A stretch of 64,000 nucleotides of DNA from Hydrolagus colliei (Eukaryota), in assembly GCA_035084275.1 (NCBI GenBank), contig CM068748.1, positions 6,820,001 to 6,884,000 of the forward strand, in the 5' to 3' direction. A program made the translations under genes and the position numbers. Position 1 is the first letter of the stretch; each line of letters starts with the position of its first letter. Of this stretch, positions 23,901 to 33,700 are shown piece by piece. Below the pieces are notes generated by a model. The model saw nothing but the letters and a program-made list of their open reading frames with translations. It had not been told where the DNA came from and made no database searches.

Positions 23901-26127
23901 CGAGTTGGATGTAAGTGGCGTTGAGTGAGAACCAAAATACACACACACATACACACACACACGCTCTTTCCAAGTTAGCCTCGATAAACCGGAAACATTG
24001 TTGAGTAAAAGTCAAGTCGGTTTGATTTCAACTGTGATGCGAAAAAAAACAGTCCTCAAAGCGAATCACGCAGTTAAATCGTTTCTAACGATTATTTTTG
24101 CTTTGTTATCTTCTTTTAAAAAGAAACATCGCCTGTCTATTATGTTAAGCTTTAACTGTGTTGAGTGTGTCTCAGGAGAGCTGGCTATGGTTTGGTTTTC
24201 ATGTAGGGTTTATTGCCTCAAGCTACATTTTTTTTCCCTTTCATCCGTATAAAATCGTGATCATTCAAAAAAAAAGTCTCGTACACATTAGGAGCGAATA
24301 GATCCCCCCCCCCACATACACACACACACACACACATTCGGCAAACGTGGGAGTACAGCTGGGTTGAGAGAGAGGGGACATTTCAAAAGAAAGGCTTTAA
24401 GTGATGAAATCCACACCGTTTGATGAGATGAATCCGAAGTAATGATCAAAGATAAACATTTCCAATTCTTCCCTAATGCTGGGGGGAAGCCACACCTGCG
24501 AGATATTTCTCCTTGTGTGATGTGGTTCCTTTATACTTTAAAACATTCACAGCAGAATATCATATGACAATATGTAAAATACAGAGAGAGCTCCATATAT
24601 CAACAGAAGCTCTGTTGACGTTGATCTCTCCCAGTCCTTGGCATACTATTTTGAGGCTGATTTCTAGCAATTGATATGTACTACGTGTTTATTATTATTA
24701 TTATTTATAAGGAGGTGCGAGCCATGATTATTATCAGAAGATGAGCGAGCTTGTTCTAGCTACAATGAATTGAAAAATAATCCAGAACCCTGTGACACTC
24801 ATATGCCATACATCCTTTGATTCCTGTTTATTTCCACATTTTGGTTTGAGAAACGCTAAAGGGATCTGGTACACTTTGTACAGGCTTTTTAGGGGGGTTT
24901 AGAGTACACAGTGCATGTTGTGCTCTGTTCAAATATATAAAGTCTATATCAGGTCTAAATACGTTTTGGGACAGCTAAACAAATGGTGTGATAAATATAA
25001 GCATCTATCTTGCACATGTAAACCAGATGACAGATATACATGCAAACATTTAAACTAATGTATCTTAAAAGCTGTATCCTAGTGAAACACAGTCCATATA
25101 CATGTTTATACATATAAACTGTAACGTGTCCAAACACATAGGCAACCAAGTTTGTCTTGAAGCTTTTTCTGTTATTTGCTATTATTCCGAAGTGATTTTT
25201 CTTTTAACTACAATATTTCGAAAGAAGTGATATTCTCAGGTATCAGTTCACCTCAAACAAACCATTAAATCCAGATACAAAGTATTCGATGAAACCCAAA
25301 TTTTATTTCAATGAATGTACATGAGCAGATCTAAAATATTGTTTCTGAAGTGTTATACAGTATTTATAAAATAATGTGTATAGAACCATCTAAAACCTAC
25401 TGACCAACAGGATTAATTATATTCATGGGACAGGTACTGGCTGTATTGGTTAGTTATTAAATATGATATTATATTCATATTTCACTTAGAACCTACATTG
25501 TATTGTCCATGGAAATGCTGGTTAACCATCTAAAGGGTTCTGAGCAGTGATTTCGAAACAAAAATACATTTATTTAATGTTTTCATATTCAAAGGGAATT
25601 AGATAGCAGTGGCTAAAACAAATTCGAGTATGTGAGATAGAATATGTAGTAACATTTTGGTAGTATTTATTTCTAGCTGTCCAGATGGACTGAAAATGCC
25701 GTTTTCTCGTCTTGTGCATTCCTATGTTATAGATAGCAATGATCTGCCTTCTTCCTAGGGGTGCCAGATTCCCAAAGGTTGGAATATTATATACAGCATC
25801 CGTGACACGCAAGAGACTGCTGCTGTCTTCCTGAATCCTGACACGTTTGATCCTGATCGCTTTGGACCAGAACGGGACGAGAGCAAAAAGGGACGATTCA
25901 ATTACATCCCCTTTGGAGCTGGTGTTCGGAGCTGCATAGGCAAAGAGCTAGCACAGGTGATCCTAAAAATCCTGGCGATTGAATTAACCAGCGCGGCGAG
26001 GTGGGAATTGGTGACTGCGACCTACCCTAAGATGCAGACTGTTCCTGTGGTGCACCCCGTGGATGGGCTGAAAGTTAGATTTCATCGTGTGGATGCAAAG
26101 GGAAACAAGTTACCCACAGAGGAATAA
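17737..26127 (+). CDS. CYP26C1: Cytochrome P450 26C1 (retinoic acid hydroxylase); exons 17737-17940, 19290-19514, 20074-20349, 21200-21355, 23242-23910, 25759-26127; 632 aa
   Basis: N-terminal anchor, [23 protein letters not shown]-helix [16 protein letters not shown]-helix EVLR, PDRF and heme motif [10 protein letters not shown]. All six exons join in phase 0 with GT-AG. The GETLHWLVQ motif and the position between EXOC6 and CYP26A1 favour C1 over B1. Confidence 0.93.
19290..19514 (+). CDS. CYP26C1: CYP26C1 exon 2
   Basis: ttgcag|[22 protein letters not shown]...HRQRRR|gtaagt. Confidence 0.95.
20074..20349 (+). CDS. CYP26C1: CYP26C1 exon 3
   Basis: ggcag|[11 protein letters not shown]...[14 protein letters not shown]|gtaaga. 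Confidence 0.95.
21200..21355 (+). CDS. CYP26C1: CYP26C1 exon 4
   Basis: aaatag|[16 protein letters not shown]...LSLQELK|gtaata. Confidence 0.93.
21554..21753. other. Assembly gap (200 N) in CYP26C1 intron 4
   Basis: Run of exactly 200 N, typical of a fixed-size scaffolding placeholder; true length unknown. Confidence 0.98.
23242..23910 (+). CDS. CYP26C1: CYP26C1 exon 5 (unusually long, 669 nt)
   Basis: tttag|[14 protein letters not shown]...[24 protein letters not shown]|gtaagt; open frame throughout. Confidence 0.88.
25759..26127 (+). CDS. CYP26C1: CYP26C1 exon 6 (heme-binding exon; absent from the ORF track)
   Basis: ttcctag|[21 protein letters not shown]...FDPDRF...[18 protein letters not shown]...[11 protein letters not shown]...TEE*. 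Confidence 0.95.
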   Translation, partial: GCQIPKGWNIIYSIRDTQETAAVFLNPDTFDPDRFGPERDESKKGRFNYIPFGAGVRSCIGKELAQVILKILAIELTSAARWELVTATYPKMQTVPVVHPVDGLKVRFHRVDAKGNKLPTEE

Positions 26128-27176
26128 TATCCCCTCCCCACCCTCCTCCTCCTCTCCCCCAAAAAAAGTCTGGTGCCACTCCAGCTGAGTGCAGAGTCAT
26201 GTAGCCATTTTTTTTTAGTATTCCATTTCTAACGCTAGAATGAAATGTTATTGACCGACGTTTGCAAACCTACACATTTAATCAATTGCACTTAAACGGC
26301 AGAGTAGTTCTATAATTTATTAAGACCTTAGATTCGGTGTGAAGGCTGTCATCCAAACCAAGTTGCATATAATGGGCCGTTTGATACAATGGTTGTCGCT
26401 CAAGATTGTGTAAAAGCGGGCACTTCTGTGCTTGGAAGACTTCTGTGAAACAGCTATTAGGACCAATGGCTAGAAGATCGATTGTGTGAGAGATGGGAAT
26501 TAAGAGGGGAAAGTCGCTATGCTGGAGATGGTTCCCAGGAAAATGAAAACCTCTTTTACAATGTCTTCAATGCCAACAGCATCTCATAAATTGTTGAATA
26601 GACTTTAGATTTCAGTGTGTGTGTGTGTGTGTGTGTGTATGTGATAATTTATGTCATCTTTAGAACACTAAAGTAATTATGTTTGCGGTTCTATTACAAT
26701 ATGTTACAATAATATCAGTTCTATATATACCTCCCCTCAAAAAAGCGTTCAAACCAGTAGCTGTGGTCTGAAGGGTTAACTAGCAAGACAATGGCGACAC
26801 TTGGAAAATACCATCAACATGAGAAAAAGTCAATACAAGAACAAGATTCAGATTTGTCCAGTTTGGCTTGCATCCTCTCGATTTGGCACTTCGTTGGTGT
26901 TACTTCATTGCACACATTCCCGTCTGAAGCTTGTTAGAGATATTCTGTTCATAGCAACGACAGGATCAGCATAATTCTCACGTTGGACAGTTGTGGATGG
27001 TGAATATATATATATATATATATACACGCCTTGCTGTGAAAAAAAGAATCGATTTAAAATAAGCTAACTTTCCTGTTCACATATTATATTGTGTTTGTGA
27101 TGTTGGGATATGTTATATAATGTTTGATGTGTGTCTCTGTGTTGTGATATTTTATGAATAACAAATGAACGTACAT

Positions 27177-27182
27177 AATAAA
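27177..27182 (+). terminator. Likely CYP26C1 polyadenylation signal AATAAA
   Basis: AATAAA ~1.05 kb after the stop, at the end of a TG/AT-rich UTR-like stretch. Confidence 0.5.
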
Positions 27183-27681
27183 ACCCAAACAAATAATTTA
27201 AAACTACTGCTTGGAAATCTATTCTGGAACAACATGTCGCTGGAAATCGGGTTAGAAGCTGAGAAAGCTGATACTTTCCAATGACCAGTGTTCTTCCAGG
27301 TGAGTAAATGTAATTGAAGGTCGGGTTAAAAGTGTATTAAATTAATTTGACAACATCGGTGGCACCTGTTACTTGTAAAATTCTATATGTGCTACATGAA
27401 CGCATCACCACTTCTCTCTTACTCCGCCATTCGCTAAAGTGATGAGCAGCGCAAAATTCAATTTTACGAAGATATTGTGACATTCCTCACCCTGACAGTA
27501 TTGCTGAGCTAAGAAGGGAGTCCAAAATAGTGTCCAGTTAGCATCCAAATATGAACAAGTACACGAATATAACCTCCATCATGTATTCCAAAACATTTCT
27601 CGTGGCATTTGAAACCAACGGGTTTCAAATGAGGTCTCAGTGAGGAGGTCTCACCGCCTGAAATCAATAACTCAATTTGAG

Positions 27682-27766
27682 TAAAAAAAAGGAAGTTGCT
27701 GGGGAAACTCAGCAGGTCAGGCAGCATCCATGGAGAAAGGAAAATGAGTCAACGTTTCGGGTCTAC
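27682..27766. mobile_element. Short retroelement-derived insertion with a 13-bp direct flanking repeat
   Basis: GCTGGGGAAACTCAGCAGGTCAGGCAGCATC...AACGTTTCGGGTC flanked by AACTCAATTTGAG at 27669-81 and 27767-79; a related decayed copy lies near 60995-61100. Confidence 0.65.
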
Positions 27767-28810
27767 AACTCAATTTGAGGTCTGATTCCATTGCATCCCC
27801 CCCCGCCCCCCTCCCCCCCACACCCACCCTACATCCTCCCATTATATTTCTGAAGGTGTTTGAGTAGTTAAGTTTGGTGCAATCGTCATGACAGCAACCC
27901 CCACGATGGGACCCATCCTAACCACACATACACGGAGATTTCCTGGGATGATCTTGACTTGATCTGCCTGATCTCCCGAATCTACAGCAGCCAAACAGTT
28001 GTAGCCACTGCAGTCCTAGTGATTTGAGTTGATACAGGCGATCAGTGTGTCAGGCGAGCATTCCCTTCCTGTTCTTTACAACTGATCACCTCCCATACAC
28101 CTCCCACACAAATATACACGCAGAATTCCGTAGAAATTCCAGGGTTTATTTCCAGTTTGGGTTTGTTTTGTTTTGGTGCAACGTGTGTGTGTATTTGGTT
28201 TTAACATTTAATTCCTGGGACCTCATTTCGAAAGGTGCTATTTTCTCTCACGTTCATCTTGTTAAATGTCGACGAGTTGGTGTAAGACATCACATTTTTG
28301 TGTATGACATTGTAATAGTTCTCTCCATTATTGTATTTTAGAAATATGAAACATAATATAATAATAATATGATCATTGTTTGTTTGTGCAGACCTTGACT
28401 TCAATTGTCGGTACTGAAATTGTCCAAGTATTAAACTAATAAAATCATAGCGTTTAAAACTATTGCAATGAAAAATGCGAGATGTACTTTTTTGTATTAT
28501 CGTACTGGTTTTGCTGAAATTTTATGACTGGATTTCTCAAAGAGTATATAAGAATGTGGAAAATCGACGCTGAACAGCATGAATACTCCTACAGCCAAAA
28601 ACAAAGTAAGTTTGTTTCCCCATGTCTCGAATGTTTGTTATTCCGTTTACCGGTAAATTTAATGGCTTTGACTCTAGACGCTCCCTCGAAGTCACTAATC
28701 GTGAGAGATGAGAAATCATTCATGAAAGGAAAGACAATATATTCCCATATACACATGCACAAGAATTCCAGTTACCATAAGAAATGTTAGCACATCACAA
28801 CGCGAAAAGC

Positions 28811-29100
28811 TATTAGTATTATTATCATAATAATCCTTGCATTTGATATAACTCTTCTCACGTCTTCTAGACGTCTCAAAGCGCTTCACCGAATATACTG
28901 TAAAGTGAATTGACTGTATATTTGTGGAGAAATTTGGCAGCCAATTGCGCGCAGCAGCGTCCTCACAAACAGTCGTGGATTGAAATGACCGATTGAGGGA
29001 TTATTATTAGGCGGCGTGCTGCGGTAAGCGAAACCTGCCCAATGTTTCGCCCTGCCTGGAGTCGAACCCAGGTCTCTCGCTTGGAAGTCAAGCTACGCCA
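28811..29100 (-). mobile_element. tRNA-derived SINE with (TTA)n tail
   Basis: Reverse complement of the 62608-62914 family, including B box GGTTCGACTCC and tail GACGTGAGAAG..TATATCAAATGCAAGGATTATTA. Confidence 0.85.
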
Positions 29101-29291
29101 CGTAGCGAAAAGATTTGGAAAAGGTAATTCAAAACTAATTTGCAATGATAAAATATGACCAGAAATTAATGCGTGGCCTACATTGCTTTCCGCGACAATT
29201 CTCTTTCAAAAACGTTCAAGGCACATTAATCTGTCGTTTGCGTTTACTTCAAACCTTGTGGAAACCAGACAGTAAGCTGTTTACCTTTCAG

Positions 29292-29353
29292 CATATAATT
29301 ACACCATCCGGAATCATCAAACAGGTTTTTAAACATATAATTACACCATCCGG
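29292..29353. repeat. Tandem duplication with a perfect 20-bp core CATATAATTACACCATCCGG, period 42 bp
   Basis: Copies at 29292-29311 and 29334-29353. Confidence 0.9.
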
Positions 29354-30150
29354 GTTCAGCAAAAAACTGTAATCTGGTTTGAACTGTGGCTAACACACAT
29401 TTGTGTCAGAATATCAGATAACAGAAGGAAAACAAGATTGACCCTGTGGTCTGTATCTATTCTTTGGAGTCAAGGGTAAAATAAATTAAGATTATTTCTA
29501 ACAACAGGCGTGTATTTTTGTTACACCTTTCATGACCACGAATCCAATCATGTTTAAAACTCCAACGATGGCTTGCTGATGTGGTGGTGAGTGTCTCTTT
29601 CCTGTTTAGTTCCTGAACCGTGATTTATGTTTGAACCACAATAATTCACCTACAATACACCACATATTGTTCTGTTAACGTGGCATGGTGTCAGAATATA
29701 GACATATACAGTATATACGCGTGTGAAATTAAACAGCAGCGGCTCACTATTGTGTAAATCAGATTTGTATACGTGGGAATACTGCTCAACCAGTCATGCC
29801 TTAAATTGTGATATACGATGACAGGAACTGTAAAGGATCATTTAGCCGGCAAGAGATCCATTTGTCAATCAGGAGGTTAAAAAAAATACATTATCAGCGG
29901 TGTTCAGACTGACCAAATTCGTGGGAGCGACAGTCATAAAGACGTGGCAATGCATTCAGTACAATTACTCCAGAAAATACTTTAAAAACAGTTTATGGGT
30001 CAGATAAATTAATGCCGGTAAACGGAGAGGTGTTCTGTCAGGTGCCTTCTGATTTGGGTTCAGAACTAATAGTGTGTGTGTGTGTGGGGGGGGGGGGGGG
30101 TGTTGTAAACCTTGTTTGCCTGATTGGTGTAAATTGTCCATTTTACTGGC

Positions 30151-30190
30151 TGACCCTTCAATGAACTAGAAGCTCGTGTCCTTGTGACCT
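30151..30190 (-). promoter_or_regulatory. Consensus DR5 RARE plus adjacent DR2-like element
   Basis: Minus strand AGTTCA-ttgaa-GGGTCA (30151-67) and AGGTCA-ca-AGGACA (30177-90). Confidence 0.6.
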
Positions 30191-30680
30191 TGCCATTACG
30201 GTCAATCTTCATGGTCAGTAAGAGGGTAGATCTGTAGGTGGTACATACCTCACCCACGACTGGCCTGAACTAATGATTACTTTGGTGATTCTGAATCGTT
30301 TCAATCCTACATATGGTCCAGAGTGGAAAAATGCAAATTCGACGAAACCATAGCATTCTCACAAATTGTCTGTACAAACTGTATACCTTAGGTGCAAAAT
30401 CGACGCTTCCTAATATTATTCGTGAGTATATATATTAAAAAAAACTGGTTATGTTCAGTTTTTCTGCTGCGGAAATTGAACAGTTTGCAATATAGATTTT
30501 AAAACCAACTTCACACTATGAGGCTCAGGCCTCTGTGGTATTGCCTAAATTTGTCAACCGCAAAGCTGTGGCTTGGTGCCCAGTGTTATCATTATCTTTG
30601 CGGAAACTGTATAAGCCAAGGAGCTGTATGTGCTGACTAGCCATGTCCAACACCCTGCCATCTGTTTATTTGACGGACGG

Positions 30681-30751
30681 TGAACTTGACGAAGTTTCAT
30701 CCAAAGTTCACAGAAATGTCATGGTCCGTCATTTAGGTCAGATTCGGGCCA
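30681..30751 (+). promoter_or_regulatory. Distal RARE cluster, likely homologue of the Cyp26a1 R2/R3 enhancer
   Basis: TGAACT (30681-86), then GTTTCA-tccaa-AGTTCA-cagaa-ATGTCA (chained DR5s, 30694-30721) and AGGTCA-gattc-GGGCCA (30735-51). Confidence 0.7.
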
Positions 30752-33700
30752 GCCCGGGCTAGGAATGGGAACGAGCCTTGGGGGCAAAAAGCCCTGAAAT
30801 AGGCAACAAATGGGAGTCCCATTCAATTGACAATCCACGGGAACACAGACATCATGCTGCAATCCATACATTACTGTAAAAGTTTATGGACCAAAAAAAA
30901 AACTGTCACCCACTTCACCTCTGGGCTAAGTTGTAATCAGAGAAGAGCAAGTACAATGCATTTCTTTTAAAGCTGAACTCAAAAGGCTGACTTGGAACTG
31001 GTGGCTTTGGAAAACGCGAATCATCTGTCATTAACAGAATCAAAATGATTAGTATTTTGATTCTGACTCCAAAGTTCTCCAGACCTCCGAGGCATTATGA
31101 CATTCGATATAAATACTGCACTGTTTTTTTTAAAAAACTTAAGACTGAATTCTGATTTAATTCAATTACAGTAGCTTTGAAGGATCAGTAATTGAGAGAG
31201 ATGTCCTTAAGATTAATGTTGTTATGACTTCACGCCGCAACCCATAATTACACCATCTGGTGAGGCCAACAAACAAACGACCATAACGTTGATTAATAAA
31301 TAACTACTTTATTTCCACGCTGTAAAGAGTGCCGCTTGTACACCTTTTTAAAGCCACTTCTGACTATCTATAGAGCGAAGGGGTTTATAAATTACAACCA
31401 GTTTTGCGCGAATCACGGTTTCTATGGCCTGTTTCTAAAACCAAGCTTGTAACCATGAAATATCCATCTTCTCCACTCAACGATTCATAGTGTCATTAAG
31501 TGTAAAGCCAATATTCTGTAACACTTTTGGCTCAGTTGCTCTGATAATATTGTGCTTAACCGTGAAATCACAGATAACCGGGGGTCTATGTTGAATGTGA
31601 ATAATGCAATGAAGTGTTGGTCTAATGCGATTGAATGTGAAGCGATTTACCACATTGGAATGCTACGCTTAGATCAGGTATGCGACGCGTAATGAATAGA
31701 TCATTTTGAAAGAGATGTATTGCAGAATCAGCATGAGAGATATGCAATTCTTCTACTGCGAACCTGCTGTGTGCATTAGACATTCTTTGACTTGGGTTGA
31801 GATTCCAGTAATAGTCTCTCAACAATACAGGTAGAATAGAACCAGCCAGTCAATTTGATCCAGATTTTTGATTAACGCAATACCGATTTCACAGCTGCCA
31901 ATTTATATAGGGATATTCGTATACTATACACCCATTTTATAGATAACTGTGGAATAAACTGTCACCTTCATTACTCGTTGTCTCTGTTTTAAAAATCGAA
32001 ACCTTTGGGACAAAGATTATTGGTCACTGGAGGTTTGCAGACAAAAGTTTCGAGCTCCTCACAATACAAACGATCACATATTAGGTTCTACTGTGAGGGC
32101 ATTTATTAATTGGAAAGTGCTGTACTGTAGAGCGAACTGAAACTGATCTTGTAGAAACCACTGGGAATATTTGATGTATATCTTGGCATCGTGTTGTTGT
32201 TTTTAAAAAAAGTTCATTGACATTTTGGAGAACTTCGAGTTGTGGAGTGCTCATAGGAAGATACTGAGCTAATGTTGTCTCAGAGATTTAACATGACGAG
32301 AGCCGAATAGAATAGAGATATAAGGTGTTCGAGAAAGTGACCAGCAGTGAAGTGGATTCCGGATACTGTGAAGTAAAGGGACAGGGCAGGCGGACTTGCT
32401 GCGTCTAGTGGCCTATTTCTGTGCTGTAATATGATATGAATTCCCAGAGAATAGCATTGGAGAACTGTACGTATCAATAGAGATGGACTGAAAGGAACAC
32501 AATGATTGTGGAGCTGCTGGAGTAGGGGGAATGCGAACTGTGTAGCGAAAGAGGCCAGGTTGAATAGGAAAGATGGAGGGGGTGGATAATTATTCATGGA
32601 TTCATTTACTTAATTAACTTTGTGGTTTAGGGAGTGTCTGTACAGTTCTCCCCCTCTCTCTCTCCCCCCCCCCCCCCCACCCCAATCCCCCCCCCACCCC
32701 AATCCCCCCCCACCAAGTGATAGGGCGGTGGTGTGAAGTCCATGGTAGGGTTTAGGCTTTGTATGACTGTGGCAAGAGTGGGCGTCAGGCAAATGATCTT
32801 TCTTATATTCATCTATTTATCTTATTTTCCTATCGTGTCATCTACTCGAGACCGAATCTGAGTAGGAGTCAAGATAACGCAGAATGCATTTCAATGAGCA
32901 CCCATCCACAGATTGCGATCTGGAACACAGAAGCAAGTGATTTGTATTTGTGTTCTTTATTTTTAGGGGGGGGGGGTAGAGGGGGAGGGGGTGGTGGGAA
33001 TGGGTGAGGAACATTAACTCCCTATGTTTTGCAACTGACATTCTATCGAAGTATCCAAACAAGATATCTCCCAATTTGTAAATTTATATGTTAACCTGGA
33101 GTTTGGCATCATTATCAGATTTTAGCCGCATTCCCTTCTGATCTTAACGTTTGCAGCCAATAGAGACACCAGGGGAGCGTGTGAATAATGTGGTAGTTAA
33201 TCAGCGGAAAACAATGAAAGGTATTTCTGGCTTATTCTGAGGGACACGTTAACTTTTCTCACAGGTCATCTCTACCGCTTGACAATACACAAAAGGCGAT
33301 TAACACCGTCAGAGAATTCCTGGTTCTGCCCCCCACCCCTCCCCAAAACAACACTGTTTGGTATATTCTTTTAATACGTGCATTTGGGTGAAAATGTATT
33401 TAAATCCAGATGACAGAGGCAGTTGAAGTAAACGCCATGAAATTGTGTGTGGAGAATACATTGTGCTTCCATTCAGTACATTGTAAACATTCCCATGGTG
33501 TAAAATCATTCCAACGTCAAACCGCCTTCAACACTTCATTTTCGCCTGATTGACTGACCCATAATGTAGCTCCACATACAGTAGTGTGCTGAGCAGCACT
33601 CGATGTTAATAGCGTTTCTCTGTACAGTAGTTATTGCTGTAAATGCATTATGTAACATAATATGTGGAGTAAAAAGCCTTGCAATCAAATTAGCCTTTCA

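Noticed and set aside
17737-26127. Alternative assignment as CYP26B1
   Set aside because: The [14 protein letters not shown] motif and EXOC6-CYP26A1-MYOF neighbourhood fit CYP26C1; CYP26B1 lies in the paralogous EXOC6B-DYSF block.
29292-29353. Repeat-spacer-repeat pattern superficially like a CRISPR array
   Set aside because: Only two units, vertebrate spliced-gene context and no cas genes; it is a local tandem duplication.
32395-32415. CTCF-like GGCCACTAGACGCAGCA (minus strand)
   Set aside because: One base short in the core relative to the consensus; too weak to call.
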